Shown: positions 10,709 to 19,921, counted from the stretch's first letter. The stretch: 64,000 nucleotides of DNA from Candidatus Latescibacterota bacterium (GCA_965205485.1 OZ242180.1:3744001-3808000); one strand, 5' to 3'. The notes: generated by a model from the sequence alone, not told the origin. Program-made: numbers and translations.

Positions 10709-10831
10709 GGGGTCCATCGTTCCGATTAGACGCCTCAGGCTGTCGTGACCCTCGCATACCGTTGCACCGGACGCCGGTAGATGTTGAGAACGACTCATCC
10801 ATGCGGATAAGCGGGCGCTCACCGTACAGAC

Positions 10832-13576
10832 ATGGCCCGCGCGAAAAATATGACTGAAGACGTATCGAAACCGCGTACTGAAGTCGATGAGCGGGATGCT
10901 GTGCCTGCCGGCAGCGTCAGATCCGCCGTAAGGTTTCTGTGCGACTATTCCAATACGCTGTCTTTGCGAGGAAATGTCGAGGAGGCCAGGAAAAGCGCGC
11001 AGGATGCGTGGTCGCTGATTTCAGACGACATTCCCGGTGAGAAGGCGCTCGTTCTGTGCCAGTTCGGTATCCTGAATGCCCGTTCCCGTTTGTACGAAGA
11101 CGCCGAACGGGCATTTCTCGATGCGATTGCAATCTACAGCAAGCTCGGACCGGTGAAGAAGGAAATCGAAGCGAGGGGATGGCTCGCCGACCTTTATGTA
11201 CGGATGGAGCGACGGGCGGAAGCCAGGGCGCAGTTTGGGCGCATATCAGGACATTACGGACAGTCCGATGACGCAATGAGCATGTCGAAAGCCAGCTATT
11301 TCAGAGCATGTATCGCACATTTGGACGAACGCCTTGGGGATGCGCATGCAGGGTTCCAATCTGCTCTGCAACAGTGGGATAAGGAGGGGAGCGGGCACGG
11401 GCACATCGGCGATATGAATCTGATGGGAACGACGGCCTTTCAAACCGGGAATTTCAAACGCGCAGAATACATCTTCCGCGTACAGATGGATTCAGACGGG
11501 GATTGGAGGCGAACCGCGACGGAAGGCGTGAGCCAGTTTTACCTCGGCTCGATTGCGCTGGGGAGAAACGATGCTAAAACCGCGGTTGTGTACGGAAAAA
11601 AGGCAGTGGAGATTCTGTCTCACGTAAAGGACGCCTATCAACTTTACTGGGCATGCGGACTGCTGGCTGAGGCTCACGCAGCTTTGGGCGATGGGAACGA
11701 GGCGGTGAAGTGGGCGGAGAGAGCCCGGCCCGGTACCCGTGTGGAAGGCGAAACCCCTTCCGTGGCGTGGCGCGGGATCGGCGTTGCGTTAGCGGCCGCG
11801 AAGCGTTTCAAGGAAGCCGAGGACGCCTTCGAGCGGGCGATCAGGTGCAGTGAGGCAAACCGGCGGTTTGAATGGTGCAGGTCGCTGCTGGCGTCGGGTC
11901 GATTCTGCATGGAGCACGGGAACAGGGAGATGGCGCGCCAGCGGCTTGAGGCGGCGCAACGCAAGGCGACGGAACTGCAGACACCCTACTATGCGCGTCA
12001 GGCGTCGAAACTGCTTGCCAGCTTGGCCCGGCTGGCGGGTCGACCTGGAACCTCGGGTTCGCCGGCGCATCGTCCTGCCCTGGACAGAATTGCGGCGGTC
12101 TCCGACCTTGCAGCGGTTCTGGGGCGGGGCCTTGATCTGACGTTACTGATGAACAGGACCGTGGACATTTGTCTGGAGGTCCTGGGCGCGGAATCGGCCG
12201 TGGTCGTATTGAAGGACACCGCATCTGGAGCATTGCGTACCGAAGCCGCACGGTCTCGAGAGGGCAAAAACGACGCGACAGATGCCATTTCCCGGGACGT
12301 GATCCGCCGGGTGATCGAGAACAACAAGCCGTTTTTTGGCGCAGAAGCCGAGGCGGAAATGCTCATCGAGAAACGGCAGCGCGGTTTCGACTTCGACCGC
12401 CACCAGGTGGCATGCATACCACTATACCGGTCAGAATCAGGATCGCCGGGGGCCTTGTATCTGGAACTTCGCGGTACCGGCAGGGGAATTTCCGAAGCAG
12501 ACCGCAGGTTCCTGGACGCGCTGGCCGGCATCCTGTCGGTGGGCGTGGTTCAAGCCCGAATGAGAAGCAGACTGATGGAACGTACACTGTACAGGGAGCG
12601 CGATCCGACCGGACGGAAGGAACTCGGCGGGCTCATTGGCGCCAGTCAGGCGATGCAGACGGTCTATCGTCTGATCGAGCTGGCCGCCCGTACGGATGTG
12701 CCGGTCCTCATACTGGGCGAAACGGGAACGGGAAAGGAATTGGCTGCCCGCGCGGTTCACGAAAACAGCGGCCTCCGGAATCGCCTGTTTTTGACTCAGA
12801 ATTGCGGAACGCTGTCCGGAGAATTGATTCATAGCGAGTTGTTCGGTCACAAGAGAGGATCGTTTACGGGCGCCGTGTCGGATCGTGCGGGGCTGTTTGA
12901 GACAGCGCATGGCGGCACAGTCTTTCTCGATGAGATCGCGGACGCGGCGCCGCAGACCCAGGCCAGCCTGCTCCGGGTGCTGCAGAACGGCGAACTCCGG
13001 CGCCTGGGAGAGAGTACAATGCGCAGTGTAGACGTCCGGGTCATTGCGGCGACGAATTCGGACCTGGAAAAGGCGGTATCACGAGGGACGTTCAGGAAAG
13101 ATCTCTTCTATCGGCTCCAGGTGTTGACCATCGACATGCCGGCGCTGAGGGACAGGAAGGACGATATTCCGCTGTTGGCAGGGCATCTCCTGCGCAACGC
13201 CGCACGTGATACCGGGAGGTCCATGACGGGTTTCACGGCGGGCGCGCTGAAGGCATTGGTGAAATACGACTGGCCGGGTAATGTACGCCAGCTGGACAAC
13301 GAGATACGCCGCGCTGTAGCGCTCGCCGAGAATGGGGGTATTCTCGATGTGGGATTGCTCTCTAAGCGCATACGCGATGAGACGGGTGGGGCAAATGAAC
13401 CGTCAGGTACCCTGCAAGCGATTCTGCAATCGGTCGAAAAACGGTATCTCTCTCAGGTGCTCGACAAGAACAACGGGCACATCACGCGATCCGCATTGGA
13501 ACTGGGCCTTTCGCGTTCCGGTTTGTACAAGAAAATGGATCGCCACGGCCTCAGCGCCCGGGTTCACGCCGGTTGA
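10832..13576 (+). CDS. TPR-GAF-AAA+-HTH sigma-54 enhancer-binding protein
   Basis: N-terminal TPR-like helical repeats, GAF-like 'VACIPL...GALYLE', 'GETGTGKE', 'GSFTGA', 'FRKDLFYRL', 'WPGNVRQL', Fis HTH. Confidence 0.9.
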   Translation: MARAKNMTEDVSKPRTEVDERDAVPAGSVRSAVRFLCDYSNTLSLRGNVEEARKSAQDAWSLISDDIPGEKALVLCQFGILNARSRLYEDAERAFLDAIAIYSKLGPVKKEIEARGWLADLYVRMERRAEARAQFGRISGHYGQSDDAMSMSKASYFRACIAHLDERLGDAHAGFQSALQQWDKEGSGHGHIGDMNLMGTTAFQTGNFKRAEYIFRVQMDSDGDWRRTATEGVSQFYLGSIALGRNDAKTAVVYGKKAVEILSHVKDAYQLYWACGLLAEAHAALGDGNEAVKWAERARPGTRVEGETPSVAWRGIGVALAAAKRFKEAEDAFERAIRCSEANRRFEWCRSLLASGRFCMEHGNREMARQRLEAAQRKATELQTPYYARQASKLLASLARLAGRPGTSGSPAHRPALDRIAAVSDLAAVLGRGLDLTLLMNRTVDICLEVLGAESAVVVLKDTASGALRTEAARSREGKNDATDAISRDVIRRVIENNKPFFGAEAEAEMLIEKRQRGFDFDRHQVACIPLYRSESGSPGALYLELRGTGRGISEADRRFLDALAGILSVGVVQARMRSRLMERTLYRERDPTGRKELGGLIGASQAMQTVYRLIELAARTDVPVLILGETGTGKELAARAVHENSGLRNRLFLTQNCGTLSGELIHSELFGHKRGSFTGAVSDRAGLFETAHGGTVFLDEIADAAPQTQASLLRVLQNGELRRLGESTMRSVDVRVIAATNSDLEKAVSRGTFRKDLFYRLQVLTIDMPALRDRKDDIPLLAGHLLRNAARDTGRSMTGFTAGALKALVKYDWPGNVRQLDNEIRRAVALAENGGILDVGLLSKRIRDETGGANEPSGTLQAILQSVEKRYLSQVLDKNNGHITRSALELGLSRSGLYKKMDRHGLSARVHAG

Positions 13577-13600
13577 CAGGCGGTCAAGTACTGATTCGTC

Positions 13601-13706
13601 GTCGACTCGCGTAGACAGTCGAAATACGATGTATTTTCAACAGGTTATGTGCACGAATGGGGTTGTGGCGCTTTCCGGTGAACAATGTGTCTACACAGGT
13701 AAACAC
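13601..13706. promoter_or_regulatory. Two palindromic candidate enhancer (UAS) sites
   Basis: GTCGAC-TCGC-GTAGAC (13601-13616) and GTGTCTAC-ACAG-GTAAACAC (13687-13706), 100-200 bp upstream of a sigma-54 promoter. Confidence 0.5.
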
Positions 13707-13804
13707 CGGATGGAACGTGAACAACCTGGTTGCATCTGAAGACTGAATTTTCAAACCGTTGTTTTAAAAGCGCCTGCGATGAATCGGGGGGCTTTTTTGT
13801 TTTC

Positions 13805-13820
13805 CGGTACGATGTTTGCA
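13805..13820 (+). promoter_or_regulatory. Sigma-54 (-24/-12) promoter
   Basis: CGGTACGATGTTTGCA (GG-N10-GC); IHF-like TTTCAA-N4-TTG at 13749-13761. Confidence 0.65.
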
Positions 13821-13922
13821 CACAAGACGCTGTTGTATCGCGTACACATAATTTGCCGGCTTACCCATCGCTAAACAGGTCGTTCCCTTACCCGACAGGA
13901 AGGGCGGACCAGGCTTCGAGAA

Positions 13923-14948
13923 ATGCCCGGGAGTTCCTGCTGCAGTACCGACACGATGGTGGGCGTTCATCCCGCATTCGTCGCGGTGCGTACATTTGCG
14001 CGCCGGGCCGGTGAGAGCGATCTGCCCGTGCTGGTTACCGGCGAGTCCGGGACGGGGAAGGAGCTGATAGCCCGTGAGATCCACGACTGCAGTCCCCGTG
14101 TGGACGCTCCATTTGTGGTTGTGGACTGTGGCATGCTGGGGATGGAGATGGGACGGAGCGAACTGTTCGGGCATGTCCGGGGAGCGTTCACCGGCGCAAC
14201 GGAGTCTCGTCCGGGACTGGTTGGGGTCGCACACGGCGGCACACTCTTTTTCGACGAAGTGGGTGAGCTCGATGAACCCCTTCAGCGGCAGTTGCTTCGG
14301 CTGATTCAGGAAGGCGAATACCGGATGGTCGGCGATCACAGATGGAAAAGGGCGGGCGTCCGGGTCGTCGCGGCGACGAACAGGGACCTGAAGCAGGGGT
14401 TGGAAGCGGGGCGGTTTCGAAACGACCTGTATTTCCGCCTTCGGGTAATCCAGCTCCAATTGCCCCCTCTGAGGGAACGCAGGAGCGACATTCCGCTTCT
14501 GGTTTCCCATTTTCTGGAGCGGTTCGCCCACGTTGGAAGACGAACCTGCAGAGTGTCCCCGGAATCATACGCCCTGCTGGAAGGTTATGATTGGCCTGGA
14601 AACATCAGAGAACTCGCGCATGCAATCGCGGGCGCGATGGCGCTTGCCGAGGGAGATGTCATCGGGCCCCATGACCTTCCTGCGGAGGTCCGGGACGCGG
14701 AGAACGGACCGGACCGCGGCATCTACAATCTGCCCTACAAGGACGCGCGCAGGATCTGCATGGACGGATTCACACGAGAGTACCTGCATCGGGCACTCGT
14801 CAGCACGGACGGAAACGTGTCGCGGGCTGCCCGAAAGAGCGGAATCGGGCGCCAGTATTTTCAGCACCGCATGTCGGAACACGGAATGACCGCCGCCCAA
14901 TACAAGAGAGGAGGATACGATGCGCAGGCCGACGCGGATGAAGAGTAA
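13923..14948 (+). CDS. Sigma-54 enhancer-binding protein lacking an N-terminal sensory domain (PspF/HrpR-like architecture)
   Basis: AAA+ domain starts within about 10 residues: 'GESGTGKE', 'GAFTGA', 'FFDEVGE', 'WPGNIREL', C-terminal HTH. Confidence 0.88.
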   Translation: MPGSSCCSTDTMVGVHPAFVAVRTFARRAGESDLPVLVTGESGTGKELIAREIHDCSPRVDAPFVVVDCGMLGMEMGRSELFGHVRGAFTGATESRPGLVGVAHGGTLFFDEVGELDEPLQRQLLRLIQEGEYRMVGDHRWKRAGVRVVAATNRDLKQGLEAGRFRNDLYFRLRVIQLQLPPLRERRSDIPLLVSHFLERFAHVGRRTCRVSPESYALLEGYDWPGNIRELAHAIAGAMALAEGDVIGPHDLPAEVRDAENGPDRGIYNLPYKDARRICMDGFTREYLHRALVSTDGNVSRAARKSGIGRQYFQHRMSEHGMTAAQYKRGGYDAQADADEE

Positions 14949-15045
14949 TCAGGAGATCAGTCTGGCTGACGCACTTGCCCTTGAGACAGTCACTCGATAT
15001 ATTACTACTACCGCATCAGGACTGCGGAAAAAGCAAGGGAAGGAT

Positions 15046-15228
15046 ATGGACTCTGGCGCAATGTTGTCTTTCGGCGGCGTTATTATTGCCTCGTTTCTTG
15101 CAAGTGTTGGCTTATTTTGGAGAATCTTTGCAAGAACGGAAGACAAGCTGGATTGTCTGGATCGTCGATTATCAAGAATTGAGGGCAAAAAAGAATCTGA
15201 AGCTACCGTTACTGATTGTCACCCTTGA
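15046..15228 (+). CDS. Small single-TM + coiled-coil protein (~60 aa)
   Basis: SD-like GGGAAGGA before ATG 15046; TM 'FGGVIIASFLASVGLFW' then 'EDKLDCLDRRLSRIEG'. Confidence 0.5.
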   Translation: MDSGAMLSFGGVIIASFLASVGLFWRIFARTEDKLDCLDRRLSRIEGKKESEATVTDCHP

Positions 15229-15307
15229 CGCAGCACCGAAAATCTCCTGGATTCTCCAACGGAAGACCGGTTCCTGGCATTAGGAACATAGACTGGATAT
15301 CACCGCC

Positions 15308-15622
15308 ATGAATGTAAACAAGGAAGTTTCCGGTTTTTTGAAAGATATAGTTGTCCCAATTGCAATTGCTGTCTCTACAACGATAGTTGGCATAGCAGGC
15401 CTGGTCTATTACATCACGAACAGTTCCGAATCGAGACTCATGATTTCTATGAACGAAATGAAGGATGACTTCAAGAGAGAATTCGACGAGGTGAAACAGG
15501 GGATCACCAATATCAATACTAAATTAGATGAATTCCAAAGAAGAATCACCGAAAACGAAACCAGAATTGATGTAATTGCGAAAAGATTGGATTTGCCGGG
15601 AACCGTGAACTTTGATCCATAA
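15308..15622 (+). CDS. Small single-TM + coiled-coil protein (104 aa)
   Basis: TM 'IVVPIAIAVSTTIVGIAGLVYYI' followed by a heptad-rich tail; terminator downstream. Confidence 0.6.
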   Translation: MNVNKEVSGFLKDIVVPIAIAVSTTIVGIAGLVYYITNSSESRLMISMNEMKDDFKREFDEVKQGITNINTKLDEFQRRITENETRIDVIAKRLDLPGTVNFDP

Positions 15623-15656
15623 TACCTCACCGAAAAACCCATACCGTCTAAATGAC

Positions 15657-15690
15657 ACCGCGAGGACATTGGCCGTCCTCGCGGTTTTTC
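15657..15690 (+). terminator. Rho-independent terminator
   Basis: ACCGCGAGGAC-N7-GTCCTCGCGGT followed by a T run. Confidence 0.75.
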
Positions 15691-15858
15691 TTCACGAATA
15701 TCAGATTCCTGAAACAGAATCAGGTTCTTTTGTTTCGAAACAGCCGTACTATATAAGCCCCGTTTTTCCAACGGCTTGAAAAAGTCCATCCGAACTTGAT
15801 TCACAAGGCTCCAATTGTAAACCGGTGCTTTTTTCAAAAACAAAACCGGTGTTGATAC

Positions 15859-15887
15859 TTGACAGTTCCTTACGCAGTAACTACTCT
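15859..15887 (+). promoter_or_regulatory. Sigma-70-type promoter, probably producing a leaderless mRNA
   Basis: TTGACA-N17-TACTCT ending 5 nt before ATG 15893; no SD. Confidence 0.5.
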
Positions 15888-15892
15888 AGATT

Positions 15893-16411
15893 ATGACTAA
15901 GAGAGAATTTATAACGTCTACCTGGAAGTACTTCGTTGTCTTGGCAGTCGGTCTAGGGTTTATTGTCGATTATCGGTCAGTTCGGTCGCAGATCGGCGAT
16001 ATTTTCCCGGTAATTTCGGCATTTCTCCCCTTAATTGGATTGGCGGTAGCGACATATGCCTGTGGTTGGATATTCAAGGCAGGTTTGCAATACGCAATGG
16101 CCAATCGACCGGCAGCTAAATTTGGCAATCTCAAAAATGACATACGTATCTGGCGCGATACATTTAGAACGTATCGAATTGACGTATCGTCCTCCTTCTA
16201 CGGGCGTGCCGATGAGTCTACCCTGGTTCGATTGCGTGACAGCTTGCTGAATATTAGATATGAATTCGATCGTCTAGGTATTCGGTACCCATCCTTAGCG
16301 GGAGAAGGCCTTGAATGGGCTGACGTATGGATCGAATTTCTTTCTGTAATCGCGGTATTGTCCGAGAAAGCCGACCTGAAGCAAGCCAGAAAGTACACCC
16401 GTGAAATGTAA
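15893..16411 (+). CDS. Hypothetical membrane protein (2 TM)
   Basis: 172-aa ORF in an AT-richer segment, two hydrophobic segments, upstream promoter. Confidence 0.6.
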   Translation: MTKREFITSTWKYFVVLAVGLGFIVDYRSVRSQIGDIFPVISAFLPLIGLAVATYACGWIFKAGLQYAMANRPAAKFGNLKNDIRIWRDTFRTYRIDVSSSFYGRADESTLVRLRDSLLNIRYEFDRLGIRYPSLAGEGLEWADVWIEFLSVIAVLSEKADLKQARKYTREM

Positions 16412-16487
16412 ATTGCTTGATAATTAAGTCGACCTTTAGAGACACGCGTTCGTTTTCTAGTCGAAATACAATACGGAAGGAGTTAAG

Positions 16488-17549
16488 GTGCCAAAGTTCA
16501 AGCCCGATGTCTTGCGCGGGGTGGGGTATACGTTGTTTCGGGCGGCCGGGTGCCGCGAAGAGGACGCGCGTACGGTTGTGGACCACCTGGTGGACTCCAA
16601 CCTGTTCGGGCACGACTCCCACGGTGCCATACGATTCTACGAGTATGCGAAGGCGGTGCAGGACGGCCGGTTCAATCCGAATGCATCTCCCGAAGTGGTG
16701 AGCGAGCGCGCATGTACCGCCGTGGTGGACGGCGGCGGGGCGATGGGGCAGGTGGGGGCGACGTTCGCGACCCGGTTGGCGATGGAAAAAGCCCGCCGGA
16801 GCGGCGTGGCGACCGTGGCATTGCGCAATACGAGCCACATCGGGCGGGTGGGCGCGTACCCGCTGATGGTTGCGAAGGAGGGGATGATCGGGCAGATCTT
16901 CGTGAACGCCGGCAGGCTGGGATATCAGATCGTGCCGTTCGGCGGCATCGACGGACGTTTGAGTACGAATCCGATCGCATTCGCCGCGCCTCGACGGGAC
17001 GCGGATCCGATCCTCGTGGATATGACCACGTCGATCGTGGCCGAGGGCAAAATCCGGCTGGCGATCAACCAGGGCGTCCAGGTGCCGGAAGGATGGCTGA
17101 TCGACGGGAAGGGTGAGCCGACCACGGAGCCGAATGACTTCAAGGACGACCCGCCGGGCGCCATCTTGCCGCTGGGGGGTGACGCGGGTCACAAGGGATA
17201 CGGATTGAGCATTATGGTCGAACTGCTCGGCGGGGCGCTGAGCGGCCAGGGGTGCGCTGCGGGGGACCGCGAGATGATCAGCAACGGCGTGCTGATCAAT
17301 GCATACGATATCGAGCACTTCACGGATACGGAGACATTCTACGACGAGGTGGAAGTCCTGATGCGCCACGTGAAATCCAGCCGCCTCGCATCGGGGTTCG
17401 ATGAAATCCTCGCCCCGGGCGAACCGGAGTTCCGGACCGCCGAGCGCCGCGCAACGGAAGGCATCGACGTGGACGACCGGACGTGGGAAACGGTTTGTGA
17501 AATCGGGGCGGAATTCGGGGTGGACCTGGCGGAGATGGGGGAGGGTTGA
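16488..17549 (+). CDS. Ldh_2 family (malate/L-lactate/ureidoglycolate-type) oxidoreductase
   Basis: SD AAGGAG; 'GHDSHG', 'SHIGRVG', 'STNPIAF', 'DMTTS', 'GHKGYGL', 'PGEPE'. Confidence 0.92.
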   Translation: MPKFKPDVLRGVGYTLFRAAGCREEDARTVVDHLVDSNLFGHDSHGAIRFYEYAKAVQDGRFNPNASPEVVSERACTAVVDGGGAMGQVGATFATRLAMEKARRSGVATVALRNTSHIGRVGAYPLMVAKEGMIGQIFVNAGRLGYQIVPFGGIDGRLSTNPIAFAAPRRDADPILVDMTTSIVAEGKIRLAINQGVQVPEGWLIDGKGEPTTEPNDFKDDPPGAILPLGGDAGHKGYGLSIMVELLGGALSGQGCAAGDREMISNGVLINAYDIEHFTDTETFYDEVEVLMRHVKSSRLASGFDEILAPGEPEFRTAERRATEGIDVDDRTWETVCEIGAEFGVDLAEMGEG

Positions 17550-17726
17550 GTCTTGGCTGACGATCGTCCTAACGCGGCCAGCCGATGATTAGGCCAATTT
17601 GGCCGCCTGGCAGCCCCGGTTTCCGGATTTCCGAAAACTCCTGGAGATGCAATTGACTTTCCACCCTGATCCCGTATCTTTTTTGCACGGAGCCATCCCA
17701 CTCCCCAGGGCCCCGGAGCATTCCGA

Positions 17727-18644
17727 ATGGCGCAATTCGATGCGATTTCCAAACACCTGATTCAAACTTATCCTCACGATTTCGCCGGTTTCACCCTCGG
17801 GCGAGAGGACGTCGAGGTTCTTGAAGTCATTGATACTGAGCAGCTCACGGTCTCGGCAAGCCGCGCCGACAGCCTCATTCGCGTCCGTGTTGATGGCTTT
17901 GAGGCATTGGTACATAACGAATTTCAAACGACTGACAGTACGAATCCGGACATGCCGCGACGCATGGCCGGTTATATCGGGCGGGCCATCGAACGTCACG
18001 GTGTGGCCGTCTACTCGAGCGTCATCTACCTGCGACAGGATGCCGGTAAACGGGATCCGGGTCAATACCTTCAGTCGCATCCCGTCTACCGTGTGCACGT
18101 GCAGTACAGAGTGATCCGGCTGAGTGAACTGGATGGTCAAGAGATTCTCGATGCAGGACACGCGGGGCTGATCGCCCTTGCTCCGTTGATGAGGCCACCA
18201 CACGGAATGGCTTCACGGGCATGGTTACGCCACTGTATGCACACGGCTCAGGCGCGGCCAATGGCTACGCATGCCAAAGCCGACTTCCTGGCCGGCATGT
18301 CGCTGCTGAGCGGGTTGGTGTACGCGCCGGAAACGATCTCTGATATTGTTTTGAAGGAGGGCATGATGGACGTCATACGCGAATCATCCTTTGCACAATA
18401 CCTCACCCGACAGGGCATAGAACAAGGCATAGAACAAGGTATAGAACAAGGCATAGAGCAAGGGCTCCAGGAAAGTATCCTCGCTGTACTGGAGACTCGA
18501 TTCGGTCTTCCTTCGCCGCATCCTCTGACTGCTCGCATTGAGACGATTGACAACGTCCAACGCCTGAAGGCGTTGCTTCGCGCAGCGGTCCAGGTTTCCA
18601 GTCCGGAGGAATTCGGGCAATCGTTGGATCGGGAACAGTCCTGA
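17727..18644 (+). CDS. Rpn family recombination-promoting nuclease/putative transposase (PD-(D/E)XK)
   Basis: 'FDAISKHL', 'RADSL...HNEFQT...MPRRMAGY', C-terminal (GIEQ)n repeat and 'LETRFG' tail. Confidence 0.8.
   Translation: MAQFDAISKHLIQTYPHDFAGFTLGREDVEVLEVIDTEQLTVSASRADSLIRVRVDGFEALVHNEFQTTDSTNPDMPRRMAGYIGRAIERHGVAVYSSVIYLRQDAGKRDPGQYLQSHPVYRVHVQYRVIRLSELDGQEILDAGHAGLIALAPLMRPPHGMASRAWLRHCMHTAQARPMATHAKADFLAGMSLLSGLVYAPETISDIVLKEGMMDVIRESSFAQYLTRQGIEQGIEQGIEQGIEQGLQESILAVLETRFGLPSPHPLTARIETIDNVQRLKALLRAAVQVSSPEEFGQSLDREQS
18411..18458 (+). repeat. 4 x 12-bp tandem repeat encoding (QGIE)4
   Basis: CAGGGCATAGAA CAAGGCATAGAA CAAGGTATAGAA CAAGGCATAGAG. Confidence 0.9.
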
Positions 18645-18774
18645 TACCCATTCGCTGAATGCCCTTCGCGGGGAATGATGCAACGGGACAATGCACTATT
18701 GTCGTGTGTTGTCCCGTTTGAATTGGATCAATCCGGTCGCTTCAGTCCGGACCTGTTGTAATCTGCCGTTCTAC

Positions 18775-19339
18775 TGCGCCGCGGAGGGACGCGGATCCGA
18801 TCCTCGTGGATATGACCACGTCGATCATGGCGGAGGGAAAGATCAGGCTGGCGATCAACCAGGGCGTCCAGGTGCCGGAAGGATGGCTGATCGACGGGTA
18901 CGGCGAGCCCATCACAGAGCCGAACGACTTCAAGGACGACCCGCCGGGCGCCGTCTTGCCGCTGGGTGGCGACGCGGGTCACAAGGGATACAGATTGAGC
19001 ATTATGGTCGAATTACTCGGCGGTGCACTGAGCGGCCAGGGCTGCGCGGCCGGGGACCGGGAGATGATCAGCAACGGCGTGCTGATCAATGCCTACGATA
19101 TCGAGCACTTCACGGATATGGAGACGTTCTACGACGAAGTGGAAGGGCTGATGGGCCACGTGAAATCCAGCCGCCTCGCGTCGGAGTTCGAAGAAATCCT
19201 CGCCCCGGGCGAACCGGAGTTCAGGACCGCCGCGCGCCGCGCATCAGAAGGCATCGAGGTGGACGACCGGACGTGGGAAACGGTGTGCGAAATCGGGCTG
19301 GAATTCGGCGTCGACCTGGCGGAAGTCGGAGAGAGGTGA
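18775..19339 (+). pseudogene. 5'-truncated duplicate of the 3' half of the Ldh_2 gene
   Basis: Colinear with ~16985-17549 at a constant 1790-nt offset; lacks the N-terminal ~165 codons. Confidence 0.9.
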
Positions 19340-19370
19340 GTCTCGCGCTGACGTTGTTCTGCCGCCGCCA

Positions 19371-19415
19371 AAGACAAGAGCCGAGGGCGATTCAGTCGCC
19401 CTCGGCTCTTGTCTT
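19371..19415. terminator. Perfect 20-bp-stem hairpin, probable bidirectional terminator
   Basis: AAGACAAGAGCCGAGGGCGA-TTCAG-TCGCCCTCGGCTCTTGTCTT between convergent ORFs. Confidence 0.8.
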
Positions 19416-19432
19416 CAGACCGCCAATCGAGG

Positions 19433-19669
19433 CTACATACCCTCGGTCAAATAATGCAAGACGGTCCGCGGCCGTCCGTGCTTCTGACGGCAGTTCTCGC
19501 AATCTTCCTTCTCGCAGGTCATATTGAGTCTTTCCGGCCTGTATTTCAGGTCCCTGCATCGGTGGACAATGGTAGCTGGATTTGGTTCGTTCTGCGAGGC
19601 TCCATTGTCCCGGACGAAAATGACCCGCAACAGATACCGACAGCACCACCACTTGAATTGATGATTCAT
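19433..19669 (-). CDS. Small Cys/His-rich hypothetical protein (78 aa)
   Basis: SD AAAGGAGGT 5 nt before ATG, TTGACT-N17-TAATGT promoter (19722-19694), terminator hairpin ~18 nt after the stop. Confidence 0.6.
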   Translation of the reverse strand: MNHQFKWWCCRYLLRVIFVRDNGASQNEPNPATIVHRCRDLKYRPERLNMTCEKEDCENCRQKHGRPRTVLHYLTEGM

Positions 19670-19817
19670 CGGAGACCTCCTTTCGCTACTTAAACATTAA
19701 ACCAAAGTTATAGGGAAGTCAATAGTCAATAATGAATCGGATAGAAAATCCATCGCCTTCAGCCTGTCACCGCGTGAAGCGTGCGGGCCTGCTAGCGACC
19801 CGATACCTCACCGCCAC

Positions 19818-19921
19818 CAGGTGGCCTGTTCAGCCGATCATGCAATGGCCGCACCAGGCCGATCTTCAACTGGCCTGATTAAGGCGATCCTGCAGTGGCC
19901 GGATATGGGCGATCTATAACA
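19818..19921 (-). mobile_element. IS21-family end (four ~25-bp repeats, terminal TG), probably a right end
   Basis: Minus strand begins TGTTATAGATCGCCCATATCCGGCCA; units of consensus CAnTGGCC-N5/6-GGCCGATCyT; closely related to the end at 21264-21393. Confidence 0.65.

Noticed and set aside
8340..10802. 820-aa minus-strand ORF, and similar long shadows such as 2360-4066, 25951-27411, 32451-33845 and 51026-52582
   Set aside because: Antisense or alternate-frame shadows of well-supported genes in GC-rich DNA, with no recognisable motifs
19409..19693. 94-aa plus-strand ORF with a hydrophobic stretch
   Set aside because: Its start lies inside the terminator hairpin with no SD; the opposite-strand 78-aa ORF has promoter, SD and terminator
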